Source: the human T2T-CHM13v2.0 reference genome, Homo sapiens
Strand: one strand, 5' to 3'
NCBI RefSeq assembly: GCF_009914755.1
Contig: NC_060928.1
Length of the DNA stretch: 64,000 nucleotides
The notes beneath the pieces are model-generated. The model saw only the letters and a list, made by a program, of their open reading frames with translations, did not search any database and was not told where the DNA came from. The translations under genes and the position numbers were made by a program. Positions 47,377 through 64,000 of this stretch are shown here, in pieces (within the stretch, counting starts at the first letter, position 1; the number at the start of each line of letters is the position of its first letter).

Positions 47377-48994
47377 TAACTAAGCCTGTCTTACAAACAC
47401 CTGCGATAACCTGCTAGAAATGTCAATATCAATATACAGGCCATGTCTGCACCTGTCTAGTTACAACTGTTGGCTGCACATCTGGGGAAACCGAGGAAGA
47501 ACACACCCCAAAGTGCGGGGAGCCTGATGAGTTCACCAAACCCCAGGCTACCAGGAGGAAAGGAAATCCCTGGAGCCTTGAGTTAGGGGGTTTTTAAATA
47601 AAACAGTGGGCAGAATTATTTTATGCTTCAATAGGAAACGTATGGGCATCCCCTCACCAAGAGGCTCTATGTAATCCTGCTGAATTGCTTGAAAAAAGAA
47701 CCCAGGCAATCCACGCATGACAGTCATAATGTTTTGTGAGAGAAATGAAAAGGCGTTTGGGGTGTGTTGGGACTGACATCTGGAAGGGAATCACGTGCTG
47801 CTCCGTGCTCTATTCCCGTGACTCCAAAATCAGAGACGGTTGGCAGAAACAGACCACTCACCTAAGCCAGGGGCGGGGCCAGGAGAAGACAGGAGGCTGA
47901 TATTCGTTGCTGAACACCCATCATGCGCCACATAGTGAAGTGGAAAGTGGTTGCTCACTTCCAGGTTTGTCTGTCTCAAAGTGAGTGTCCCGCTGCTCCA
48001 AACCACGCAGGGTCCGGCTACCAGCTGCGCCCGCTGCTCTCCAGACATTGAACAGGGAGCTCGGCAGTCTCCAGGCCTCAGGGTCAGCCTGGTCCTAAGG
48101 GTCTCGGACTCAACCCTGGCAGCCAGCTGGGATCGCTTCCAGGCAAGGGTCACAGGACATTACATACTGTCCAATTTTATCTGAGTCAGCAAAAGGAGTT
48201 GCTCAAGGAATTCTACAGGGATTTGCCCAGAGCGGAGTAGGCTAGAATGAAAAACTAGCACATCAAAGGAAGAAAAATAACTTCAGTGTTTCCAAATTGT
48301 GTTTCTGGATACCTGGGATCATGAGACTCTAGGAAAATCTGATCCACTTTTTGTTGTGTTTCATCCCAAAGCAGCCGGCTGACCAAGAGGATGAGACCAT
48401 TACCGTGAACCGCAGCAGCAGCAGCCAGGCCATTTTCTATCCTATGTTTTAACAGGCAAAGCGCTGCCATATACTTATGTCACAGAATGCTCAGAAGAAC
48501 TCTGTTGGCATGTTTTACTGACCCACCACACAGATGAGGAGAGATGGAGTGTGCTAGTGACCTCCCCACAGTCAGAGCTTCTTGGTGGTAAGGCCGGCAT
48601 TACCACCTGGATCTGTTGACTCTGGCTCCAGGGGACATTCTGTGACTCGGGAGAACCCGAGTTGAGACCGACTTCATCCAGGGTGCACTGGGAATCTGCC
48701 TGTGTATCCCATAGATGTTTCAGGCTTACCATGTTTTAAATTCAACCCCGATCTCCCATCTTACACCAAGCCCACTCTACCTGCAGCCTTCCCCACCTCA
48801 GTTACAGCAATGCCATTCTTTTTTTTTTTATGTGTTTTTGATAAATCTATTCTCCCCCAGCTTTATTGAGCTATAACTGACAAATACAATTATATAAATT
48901 TTAGGGGTACAATGTGATGATTTGATAAGTTTATATATTGTGAAATGATTACCATAATCAAGTGAGTTAAGATGTCCCTTGCCTTCTGTGGTTA

Positions 48995-50001
48995 TGTGAA
49001 AGGAAAATAAAATCTCTGGGACCTCAAACCCCCTATGGCAAAGGGAAAAGTTAAGTTTGGGAGCTGAGTCATGCAAAAAACAACAATGACAACAAAAAAC
49101 AAAACCTGCTTTCCTTTTGTTCCTAGACTCATAGCTGCAGGATAGAAGGCCACATACCTCTCCAGGTGGCTTCCCTCACCCTGTGTATTAGTTCATTTTC
49201 ATGCTGCTGATAAAGACACACCCGAGACTTGGCAATTTACAAAAGAAAGTGGTTTAATTGGACTTACAGTTCCACGTGGCTGGGGAAGCCTCACAATCAT
49301 GGTGAAGGCAAGGAGGAACAAGTCACATCTTACATGGATGGCAGCAGGCAAACAGAAAATTTGTGCAGGGGAAATCCTCTTTTTAAAACCATCAGATCTC
49401 GTGAGACTTATTCCCTGTCAAGAGAATAGCATGGGAAAGTCTTGCCCCCATGATTCAATCACCTTCCACCAGGTCCCTCCCACAACATGTGGGAATTCAA
49501 GATGAGATTAGGATGGGGACACAGTCAAACCAGATCACCCTGACAATGTAAGATAACTAACAGCTTATCTTCACGGGTGTGGAACAAAGACAAGACTAGA
49601 AATCATCCCTCTGCCCACCCCAAAACAAATGCATATTTGACTTCTTTCTCTACTCTATTTTTATCTTATGTAAAATGCAGATTTACTGAGCATGACAAGA
49701 ATGCATAATTGACTGTTCCTCTATACCCTCCTCTCACATGTAACATGTGAATTCAGTAAGCACTAATGAAAGTTTCACAAGAATATAACCACTTATCTGG
49801 CTACCTACCCACTCTTTTCTTTCCTTTTTCCCCTCCTGCTGCTCTTTCCCCTTTAAATATTGAAGTCTTCAAAACCCTCTTTGGAAAACACATGGGCCAC
49901 AGATTGGTAACTTGTGTTTCTTTTTCCCAGTGCATCCTCAACCTTGGCAACATGAACCTCTAAATTGATCAAGGCCTGTCTCAGACACTTTTTGGTGTAC
50001 A
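48995..50001 (+). mobile_element. MER4-family ERV1 solo LTR
   Basis: Starts tgtgaaaggaaaataaaatctc...aaagggaaaagttaag; ends ctcagacactttttggtgtaca. Confidence 0.8.
49184..49537 (-). mobile_element. THE1 (MaLR) solo LTR nested in the MER4-family LTR
   Basis: tgtattagttcattttcatgctgctgataaagac...ggggacacagtcaaaccagatca; 5-bp TSD ccctg. Confidence 0.9.
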
Positions 50002-51104
50002 ATTACCTTCTTTGTGTGTCTGTGTGTGGTGAGAACATTTAAGATCTGCTCTCTCTTAGCAAATCTCAAGTATATAATAATCAGTAACCATAGACACCAT
50101 GCTGTACAGCAGATTTCCAGAACTTATCTTCTATCTGAAAGTTTGTACCATTTGACCAACCTCTCTCCATTTCTCTCACTCCCCAGGCCCTGACAACCAC
50201 ACCTCTAATCTCTGCTTCTAAGTTTGACTTTTTTAGATTCCAAATGAGTGAGGTCACCCAGTATTTCTTTCTCTGACTCTTTATTTCACTGAACATACTG
50301 TGCTCCGGGCTCATCTATGTTGTGTCAAATGATAGGATTTTCTTCTTTCAAGGCTGAATATTATTCTGTTGTGTATATATACTCCATTTTCTGTATTCAT
50401 CTGTTGACAGACAGATTGATTCTACACCTTGGCTATTGTGAATAGTGCTGCCGTGGACACGGGAGTGCAGATATTTCTTTGAGATACTGATGTTGTTTCC
50501 TGTGGATATATATCAGAAGTGGGATTGGTGGATCTCATGGTAGTTCTATTTGTAATTTTTGGAGGAAGCTCCATATTGTTTTCCATAATGGGGTACTAGT
50601 TTATGTTTCCACTAACAGCTTAGAAGTGTTCACTTTTCTCCACATCCTTACCAACCCTTGTCATGGCTTGTCTTCTATAGTAGCCATCCTGACATGTATA
50701 AGGTGCTGTCTCATTGTGGTATTGATTTGCATTTCCTTGATGGTTCACGATGTTCCACATCTTTTCATGTACTTGTGGGACATTTTGGTGTCTTCTTTGA
50801 AAAACGTCTTCAGGTCCTTAAGCCAACTTTGTTTTTTCAGTTACCCAAGTAAGCAAATAAATGAACAAACAAAATCCTTACAGTCATCGTTGTCTCTATT
50901 TTTCTCTCACACCCACATTCGATTTGTCATGAAATGCCATGAACTTGACCTGTAAAAATATCCAGAATTTGGCCACTTCTCACCACCCTCACAGCTGTCA
51001 CCCTGGTCTGAATCACCGTTGACATTTGCATGGATTCTTGCAATGGCCTCCTAATTGGTCTCCCTGCTTCTTCCCTTTGTCCCCAATATAATAGCCAGAG
51101 TTAT

Positions 51105-51756
<652 letters not shown>

Positions 51757-53164
51757 TAACAGGTGACTTAGATAATAAGTCTCTGCTCAGAACCCTGTAC
51801 TAGCTCATTTCACTCAGTGTAAAAACTAAAGTTCTTACAACGATGACAAAGTCCTCTTTGTTTGTCCCACCCCATTGCTGTGATGACCTCCAGTAGGAGG
51901 AGTAGCTACTACGTGCTTCTAATCTACTCCAGCCACCCCGGCTTCCTTACCACTCCTCCGGCATCTCAGGCACGCCTACTCCAAGGTCTTTGCTCTAGAT
52001 GTTCCATCTTCTTCAAATGCTCTTTCCTCATATTTTGCTTAGCCAACTCCCTCACCTCCTTCAAGTCTTCTCAGGGTTTGAAGAACTGAGAACTGTTTAA
52101 CACCACATCCTGCTCCGTATCGTTGCATTCCAATCCTGCACGCCCGATTCTTTTTTTCTACAACCCTTATTTCCTTCTATGTTACTATATACAGGTAACC
52201 GGTAAACTGTGCTATTATTCAAATACATATTCTGACCCTCTCAGGAGGATTATCCTTTCCCCACCCCATTGGCCTTGGACATGGCTACATGACTGGGTCT
52301 GATTGCTGACATAGAAGCAAAAGCATTGTTACTTGTAGGCAGAAGTTACAGGAGCCAGCATGTGGCTTACCATGTTCTTTATCCTGCCATAATGCCTTTT
52401 GCATCTGACTTCTTTCACTTAGCAGTAGTATTTTTGAGTTCACCCATTTTTGAGTTTATGACACCTTGTTCCTTTTCATTGCTGAATAGTATTCCAAAAT
52501 GTGACTGAACTACAATGTGTTTATTCAGAGTTGCAGATAATGGCTACTCCATCAGGCTGGGTCCTAGAAAGATGACAATCTGTCGCAGAGCTGTAGTTAA
52601 CCAGTAATTGTCAGGTCTCATGGGTCAGAAATGAACTATTGTGCTAGAAGCCGCTGAGATTTTGCGAACTAACCTAATTGATGCATATCTGTGTTTTCTG
52701 CTCATTGATGGATCAGAAGCATATAGAAAGAGTTTGGAGTGTAGCAGGTCTTTAATAAATATTTGTTAAATGAATAGATGCTGAGGAACGTGATTTAAGG
52801 AATGGCAGGAATATTCCAGTCTTGAAATATCCTTCCCTCTCTGCTTTCTGAAACTTGAAACTGTAGTATTATAAATTTACCCTTTTAGGATAAGTATTAT
52901 TACTCATTTTTAACATTATTAGAAGTATGCCATAATTGTTTTAATTAGTGTTTTTAGTATAAATGATGTGTTAAACATGATTTGGGACAAAGAAAACACA
53001 TGCTAGTAATTGGAAAGAGTGCTAAAAAATTATCTCTCTATTCATCAAATGACTTACAGGTGAATAACTCTTGCTCTAGAAACTGAACCGTAAAAAAATT
53101 GGGCCCCTTTTTTAAAAATCATTACACAATTTATCTCTGATTCTCAAACTTCTGTTATCATTAA

Positions 53165-53868
<704 letters not shown>

Positions 53869-54096
53869 AGTTAGATAACTTTTGATATTTGTGTGCAGTC
53901 ATGTAACTTCTACTGCAATCAAAATACAGAATAGCTCCTTCTCCTTATAAAGTTTCATTATAATTCTTTGCAATCAATCTTTCGCAAGCCCCAGCCAAGG
54001 GCAACCACTGATCTTCTGTCTCTATACTTTTGCCTTTCTCGAAGTTCATACAAATGGAATTATATAGTCTGAGTCTTTTGATTGTGACTTCTTTCA

Positions 54097-54973
<877 letters not shown>

Positions 54974-55169
54974 TTAATGCAATAAAACCTTAGCACATTG
55001 ACTAGCATGTATTATGCTCTATATATTATGCATTAGAAATATTTCCAAGGCAGAAATTAAAGAAGAGAACGGGGCAGGATGAAGTATTTTAAGACAGGAG
55101 TTATAGGTATCAGTGCCTAGGTGATCATTAGCAATCTTTAATAGAACAGCAAGGTGAATATAATAATAA

Positions 55170-55476
<307 letters not shown>

Positions 55477-55864
55477 TATTCAGTGCTGTTTTTACAGTGC
55501 CATAACAGTACCTAGCACATGGAAGTTATTAAATAAATGCACAGATAGATGAATGAATGAAGCAAGTTTCTGTCTTTCCCAACAGCTGGATGAGGGCATG
55601 TATTCTTTTCTCTCTCCTGTTACTGATCAATTTTTTCAAAGTCAACTTTTTATTATTTCAGAATAGCTTACAATGTATAGAAATGGTGTGAAGATGGTAT
55701 AGAGAATTCCCATATACTCCCTCATCCAGTTTTCTCTGTTGTTAACACCCTGTATTACCGTGGTGATACAGCTGTCAAAATTAAGAAACCGACATTGGTC
55801 CATTGTTATTAACTGAACTATAGACTTTATTTAGATTTTACCAGCTTTTCTATTTGTAACCTCT

Positions 55865-56163
55865 TTTTTTGTTTGTTTTTTTTGAGACAGAGTCTCACTC
55901 TGTCGCCCAAGCTGGAGGGCAGTGGCGCCATCTCGGGTCACTGCAAGCTCCGCCTCCCGGGTTCATGCCATTCTCATGCCTCAGCCTCCTGAGTAGGTGG
56001 GACTACAGGTGCCTGCCACCACACCTAATTTTTTTTTGTATTTTTAGTAGAGACGGGGTTTCACCATGTTAGCCAGGATGGTCTCGATCTCCTGACCTCG
56101 TGATCCGCATGCCTCGGCCTCCCAAATTTCTGGGATTACAGGCATGAGCCACCGCATCTGGCC
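55865..56163 (-). mobile_element. AluY
   Basis: Diagnostics gcaagctccgcctcc and ttcatgccattctc; TSD tgtaacctctttt. Confidence 0.93.
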
Positions 56164-56541
56164 TGTAACCTCTTTTGTTCCAGGATCCAATCCAGGATGC
56201 CACGTTACATGTAGGCATCATGTCTCTTCAGTTCCCTCTGGCCTATGACAGTTCCTTAGTCTTTCCTTGCTTTTTATGACCTTGGAAGTTGTGGTGATCA
56301 TTCATTTTTGCGAATTAAATCTTAACAGATCTCTTCTCCCTCACTTTGATCATGGCCATGTGGTCCCTTTGGCCTCAGGTGGGACCGCAGCACAGATTCT
56401 TCCTCTACTTGCTGGTGTTTATATCAAGTGACACACTCACGCTAGTTTACTCATTTAAAGAAAAAGTTTGGGCTATGCAATGGTTGGCCTCCTGATCTTC
56501 CTTGTTCAGCCTTATTTTGGGTTGTATAAAATTGGCATGCA

Positions 56542-56855
<314 letters not shown>

Positions 56856-57855
56856 TCATCAGAATGTATGTTCAGTTAACCATCTACTATGAGGATTGAA
56901 AAGTGCCTTAAAGGTCGTATAATGTAGTCTCTAGGATAAATCATATCCACACACTATCCAAGCAGAACCACTTATGCTGAAATTTTATCTGCAGTTTGTG
57001 TCTGACTCCTCTCACAGGTCATTGATTAAATAGGTTTTTTGGAAAACCCACACATTTTATACTTGGGTTATAAATCACATGAAACCATCAGATCTGAAGG
57101 TAAAAAGTGCATGTTAGATTTGAGGAAATACAAGACTTATTACACAATGGCTATACTATTTAAATCTCAAAATGTAGGTGTGGAAAACTTGTTAAGATGC
57201 AAAAGGCTATATTGGTCAACTCAGGCTGCCATAGACTGGGTGATTTAAACAATAGACATTTATTTCTCACAGTTCTGGAGGCTAGAAATTCAAGATCAGG
57301 GTGCCATTATGGTTGGATTCTGGTGAGGGCTGTCTTCCTGGCTTGCAGATGGCCTGCTTTCTTACAGTGGCCTCACTTGGCAGAGAGAGAGAAAGAGAGA
57401 TTGGAAATGATTTATGGGCAAGCCCATGATAGGTGTTCAAAATGTACACTGAAGGCATGAATTATGTCAACAAGGTCATTTCACATTTACAATTAAAGAC
57501 CTACTCATTCTAATTCTTTTGTTTTTGTATTGTCAAAGAGGTTTTGAAATGCTTTTATTTTTGAAGAAGTAATAAGTTCGCATAGGAAAAACAGCTCCAT
57601 TTGGAATGATTATCTTTTGTTTCTGTAATTGTCACCTGGGTGCTGGGATTTTCACGAAATCGGGGCTTTGCCCTGACTTCCAGTCTGGCTTGGGGGGATG
57701 GTTACTAACCTTGTGGATCAGTTCCCACCTGCAAGGACCATTAGCTCTGTCAGGGTACCACTTCTCCCCATCTCCTGCCCTCCTACCCTTGGTCTATGTA
57801 CTACTGAATTCCTTTTCTGACAATGGCATTGAGGGAGATTAATGTATAAGAGAGA

Positions 57856-58132
57856 GGCTGGGTGCAGTGGCTCACACCTATAATCTCAACACTTTGAGGC
57901 CAGTGGATCACCTGAGATCAGGAGTTCAAGTCCAGCCCGTCCAACATGGTGAAACCCTGTCTCTACTAAAAATACAAAAATTAGCCAGGCGTGGTGGTGT
58001 GTACTTGTAATCCCAGCTACTGGGCTGAGGCAGGAGAATAACTTGAACCTGGGAGGTGGAAGTTGCAGTGAGCCCAGATCGCTTCATTTCACTCCAGCCT
58101 GGGCAACAGAGTGAGATTCTGTCTCAAAAAAA

Positions 58133-58189
<57 letters not shown>

Positions 58190-58210
58190 TATATATGTAT
58201 ATATATATAT
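57856..58210 (+). mobile_element. AluS followed by an (AT)n/(AC)n microsatellite at 58134-58210
   Basis: Alu consensus, then a long atatat run. Confidence 0.92.
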
Positions 58211-58795
58211 GTGAACTTATTACTTCTTCAAAAATAAAAGCATTTCAAAACCTCCTTGACAATAAAAAAACAAAAAAACATATATATATATATGACAATG
58301 CTAGCTGTCCTAGAAAAAATTCTGGGCAATGTCATTTTAGATAATACCATCAATGGATCTGTCATTCTTGAACACAAGTTTAAACTCTTTTCAAAGTTGA
58401 TTTAAGTGTCATCTTTTGATACCAAAGAGAGGCATATGTCACCTGGCTGCCACATTAAACAAAATAAATTGCACCCTCCAGATATTCATTTAATAAAAAC
58501 AAGTGCCTGCTTTGTTCACAGCATGAGATAGGTGCTGACAGAATTCAACGATCAGGAAGGTCCATTCTAAAAGAGTGAATAGACTAGCTAGAGGTATAAT
58601 AAAGTTACATAGAAATTCTAGAACAAATAAAAACTTACATGTTCCTTTAGAGAGGTACAGGAATGTGTTCTGTGCATACATATGAAAGTTTTATTGTCAT
58701 CTATATATTTTAAGGCAATTTTTGATTTTACAAAAGAATCTGTCGTAGGATTCCTCTAAATGAAAACCTTCCTGATTGAATTAAAACTGTCAGGA

Positions 58796-59097
58796 GGCTG
58801 GGCAAGGTGGCTCATGCCTATAATCCCAGCACTTTGGGAGGCTGAGACAGGTGGATCATCTGAGGTCAGGGGTTTGAGGTCAGCCTGGCCAACATGGTAA
58901 AACCCTGTTTCTACTAAAAATACAAAAATTAGGCGGGCATGGTGGCGGGTGGCTGTAATGCCAGTTACTCGGGAGGCTCAGGCAAGAGAGTCACTTAAAC
59001 CCAGGAGGCGGAGGTTGCAGTGAGCCAAGATTGTGCCACTGCACTCCAGCCTGGGTGACAGAGCGAGATTCTGTCTCAAAAACAAAAACAAAACAAA
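58796..59097 (+). mobile_element. AluS
   Basis: Full dimer; TSD-like aa(a/c)ctgtca. Confidence 0.92.
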
Positions 59098-60085
59098 CCT
59101 GTCACTTGACCTACCACAAATGAATTTACATGCAGCCCTTTGGCCATGTGTTTACTGGCTAAAAGATGTCACTCCATAACCTCCTTTTATTTGTCTCCAA
59201 ATTACAATGAGTTTAAGTGATAATTAATGTTAAGCAGCACCTAAAAAAGGCAGAATCCCAAGGTTGGAGGGGGTCACTAAACAGAGATTTCCATTTAGAA
59301 AAACAAAACAAAACAAATTCCTGTTCTCTATCTGAGAGCAGCTCCTAAACATGCAGACAAGACTTGACCTCATTCTCCTGTGTGTCTTTTCTGAAAAAAT
59401 TCCTTTGTGCTCAGGGATATTGTGAGAAATAGAATTACATCAGTGAGTTGGTTTCTAATCAGCATGTGAACACCAAGTTCCAGATGGCAACGCACAGTTT
59501 CAATTTCACTATGTGCTGAAATTATTTATCGATCCCTATTAAATAGCCAGCAGCACCATATTCTGGACTAGACTTCAATAATTCTAAATGATTCAATCTG
59601 CTTTGTAAATATGGCTGCTGCAACCCGACTGTGACATTTCTGGGATGGCATTTCATTCTGTTTTGCCTCAGTGTATTCACAGGTGGCCAGTTCTTATTTA
59701 CAGATAGAAACCTTCCACCTCGCTTCCCTCCTTAAGATCTGTTAAGATGTGTTGAAGCTTTGAGAGTTCAGACCAGTCTCAATAATAGCAGAGATGCTGG
59801 TCTGGCAGCTGATGTCCCACTGGCTGTAGATCCCAATGAACATGAAGCTAAGAAAGTCAGCCCTGAGTATTGGGGAAACAGAGAAAGACAAGCAGGGTGG
59901 ATGTGTGGTGGAGGAGGAAGGAATGAGGACGGTTCAGAACTTCGGGACAGATCAGGGCAGCCAGCTCACAGCATCAGGCCGGTGCTCAGATCTGTAGCAG
60001 TCAGTGCTCAAGGACAGACAGGGAGGCGTCTGGATCCAGGTGGTGGCAAGCTCATTAATTCATTTAAAAAACACTGATTGGGCAT

Positions 60086-60775
<690 letters not shown>

Positions 60776-60962
60776 AGGCACCTACTAAGTTCAGAGAAAT
60801 ATCTAGAGTCCAGGCAGATCAAGTCAAGACGCAGGGATCAGGAAACAAGGTTGCAGAAGTCAAGGAACAAGCCAAAGAGCTCTGCCAATAAATCCAGGAT
60901 GAGGTCTCCGTAAATTCGTGTCAATTTCCATGGTAACTATCCCCAGGAAGCTTGCCATTTGG

Positions 60963-61170
60963 AGCAGGATTTCTCAAATAGTGGCCTCTAGATTTACAGC
61001 GTCACAATTTTGCTGGGTAAAGGGAGAATAGTGAAGCATGAAAAAAATGCAGATTCTAGTGTCGCAACCCAGACAGACTGAATCAGAATCCCTGAGGATT
61101 CTGAATTTCCAAGAAAATAAAGCCACTCACTTCCCATTGGGATTCTTCTGCAGCCTTTTGAGAACCACAG
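60963..61170. mobile_element. MER5-like hAT element
   Basis: Termini caggatttctcaaa and tttgagaaccac; internal aaatgcagattct and actgaatcagaatc. Confidence 0.7.
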
Positions 61171-61544
61171 GTTTATAGGGATCTTTCAGTGACTTTGTTT
61201 TGGAAAATGAAAAAAAAAAATTTGAAAAAGCAGCTGCTGGAGTTTGGACAAAAGCTCAAATTTAAAAAGAATTCCCATAACCTCTTCATTAGATTTCTCT
61301 ATCGGCACCACGGCAGTCATCGTTTACGTTACCGACACTGAACTTGTGAAATAAAGTGATGCTGGAAACGAGTCTGGAAGCCTGGCCCTCTGCACCCTCC
61401 TCCCAGTCAGAAGTACCTTTTTGTGAAGTGACACAATGTCCTGGTGAGACCGGCCCTTCCTGGAGGCAAGGACTTATGTTTTGCATATCTCTGTATGCCC
61501 CGCCTCTAACCCATGGCTAGAATATCGCAGAGGCTCAATCAATA

Positions 61545-62000
61545 ATCAGTTAGCTCTGCTTTACAACCCAGCCCAAAATTCAGTGGCTTAAAACAGCTGT
61601 CTTGCTTTTGCTCAGGAGCTGTGAGCCAGCTGGCGTGGGTTGATCTACACTTGGTTCAGCTGAGGTTAGCTGTCAGCCACAGGTTGGGTCCATCTCTGCT
61701 CCACGTGTCTTGCATTGCCCTTGAACTAGCAGGCCAGCTAGGGCATGTTCTTCTCCTGGAAATGGCAGAAACCCAAGAGGGAAAAGTAAAATACATTGTA
61801 GCCTCTGAAAGTTTATGCACAGAACCAGCAAACCATCACTTTTGCCCCCATTCACTTAGGCAGAGGCAGTTACACGGCTAAGCCTGATGTTATGAGTAGG
61901 GGCAGTTTACATCTTGAGTGGAAGGAACTGCAAATTTACGTGGTAGAAATTATGGATTTAAGGAGGGATGAAAAATTGGGGACAATAGTTCAATCTACCA
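61545..62000 (-). mobile_element. MLT1-type MaLR LTR
   Basis: acaacccagcccaaaattcagtggcttaaaaca; catcacttttgccccattc; ends caatctaccac. Confidence 0.65.
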
Positions 62001-63004
62001 CTGCTAGTAAATTTATGATCAAAAGCAACTTTTTGTATTTGCTGGAGGGCAGAATTCGGAAAATGGGGATGCAGGACAGTTTCAAGGTGACAGTGAATTA
62101 CCAGCATCATAGATTCATTAGGAGGCTTAATATAATACTAATTACCAGCTCTATGTGCTGATGAAGACTGCTTTTGATAATTCGTAACATTTGACATTCT
62201 TTCATAAGCCAAATAGAAGAATATCGAAGGCCAATTGTAGTTTTACACACAGTAAGTAAACAAAAGAATACTCAGTCCTCACATTTTGCAACTCTGTGGG
62301 ATTTGTGTGAGCAGTGAAAAGTTGTGGCTGCCCGCAATCACACATCTCCCCTGGAGAATTGAAGTGAAATCCCAGCCCTCATGTAGTTATGCCTAGAAAT
62401 TACCTGTTTGTGATTTAACACTTGGTAAATGGCACTAAAACCTCATTAATCTTCAATTAGCCATAAATGGGCATCTCACATCTTACTACAGTTTCTTCAT
62501 CCTGAGAAATCATTAGTCCTTTCTGGGCAAGGGCAATTATGTGAACAGGCAGAAAGCTCATCGCATAGCTTAAGTGCAGGTCTCCAGTCCATAATGGTAC
62601 TTAAGACGTGGGGGCTGCCTGTGATTCTTGATTGATGCCGTGTGATAGCCTGGGCCTATTCCATCACGCCGTGATCCTCAGCACGCCTCCATCCCCAGGC
62701 TGCTTTTATCAGCTTGAGTGTTCCAAAAATCCCACTTCCTTGATTACTTCAGAGGACTGTTGCAAGGATAGAAAGGGTATGTCTGTTATTATTGGATCAG
62801 GATGTGTGTGTGTGTGTGAGGTGGGAGAAATCTGAGTCCCTGAATCCCCTGGAAATAAGAAATTGAAAATGCATATATATTCAGAATTTAAGGTATAAAA
62901 GGTAGAACTCTCCTTTAATCCAGTAGCACAAAATCCTCAATGTTCCTTGCATCTCTTGTGAACTCGATGGCCCTTGAATGACCTAATACATGTCTTGGTC
63001 CATC

Positions 63005-63516
63005 TTTTGTTTTTTGAGATAGGGTCTCTCTCTGTCACCCAGGTTGTAGTGCAGTGGTGTGACCACAGCTCATTGCAGCTTCAACCTCCTGGGCTGAAGC
63101 GATCCTCCTACCTCAGCAGGGAGTCCCTCAGCTACTCAGGAGGCTGAGGTAGGAGGAAGTTACATGGCCAAGCCTGAAGTTATGAGTTGGGGCAGTTTAC
63201 ATCTTGAGTGGAAGGAACTGCAAATTTACACAGTAGAAATTATAGATTTAAGGAGGGATGAACAACTGGGGCCAATACGGGACTGCCTGTAGTCCCTCAG
63301 CTACTCAGGAGGCTCAGGTGCTAACGATGTGCACCACCTCAGCCTGTAGGGACTGCAGGCATGCACCACCATGCCTGGCTAATTTTTATATTTTTTTGTT
63401 GTAGAGAGAGGATCATCTTATGTGCTCAGGCTGGTCTCAAACTCCTGGGCTCAAGCCATCCGCCTACCTCAGCCTCTCAATTGCTGGGACTGCAGGTGTG
63501 AGCCACTGCATCTGGC
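63005..63516 (-). mobile_element. AluJ with a complex internal insertion
   Basis: Reverse-complement Alu broken at about 63117-63345 by inverted Alu pieces and a 120-bp copy of 61868-61987. Confidence 0.88.
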
Positions 63517-63588
63517 CCTTGTTCCATCTTTATGGCTTTTAAAACATCTTCTGAACACTTAGAACTTGCAGCCCTTATTGTTACAGTG

Positions 63589-63626
<38 letters not shown>
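63589..63626. repeat. (TG)n microsatellite
   Basis: Direct reading. Confidence 0.95.
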
Positions 63627-63628
<2 letters not shown>

Positions 63629-64000
63629 CCTACCTGGCTTCCAGAAACCCAGCTCCTAAAGAGAAGTCCCCCAGCCCCTTCTGCTGCCAGCTGTTCTCTG
63701 CTGCGGGCCTGTCTTCATCAGGTGTTCCATTGACAGATGCTGCTTTTCTCCCCTCAGACCACCAGGGATGGCTCTACGGTTGCATCCACTGGAGATCAAT
63801 TGAAGTTGGTCTGGATCTCACAAATGGAGTCCCTTTGCCACTGTGTCTATGAAGGATTCTGACTGCTGCTTTCACCAGTTTTCAGCACCACTAAAACACT
63901 TTGTTTCCTAATTAAGCTGTTTCCAGGTCTTTCCTGTCTCACAGTGGAAAATGACCTCTGGGCCATCCCTAGGAAAAAACATGTGTTACCACTGAGGTTT

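Larger units (their letters stand above)
48855..50812 (-). mobile_element. L1MA/MB 3' region (antisense) with nested LTRs
   Basis: cagctttattgagctataactgac...; ttggctattgtgaatagtgctgc; ctcattgtggtattgatttgcatttcc. Confidence 0.85.

Overview
Primate (most likely human) genomic DNA, AT-rich and dense in Alu, L1, LTR and DNA-transposon remnants. The + strand carries the last six coding-type exons and the ~2 kb 3'UTR of a CEP170 (centrosomal protein 170) locus, spanning 12862-~31125, with GT-AG sites and an open ~281-codon spliced frame. The residues LNFQK, FNRVNP and the terminal VTVHK differ from CEP170 as I recall it (LNFRK, FNRFNP, VTVQE). That points to the duplicated, intron-containing paralog CEP170P1 rather than CEP170, though this identification is from memory and needs alignment. 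The region after ~31.2 kb has no convincing gene. I found no novel multi-gene biological system. The best second-look signals are: three in-frame alternative donors on one exon; a candidate alternative last exon and a candidate poison exon; a sense-oriented 5'-truncated SVA with an 18-bp TSD; two local templated insertions with fold-back junctions; three tandem duplications; and nested transposon stacks. Repeat family names come from recognising consensus motifs by eye, and most repeat boundaries are approximate.
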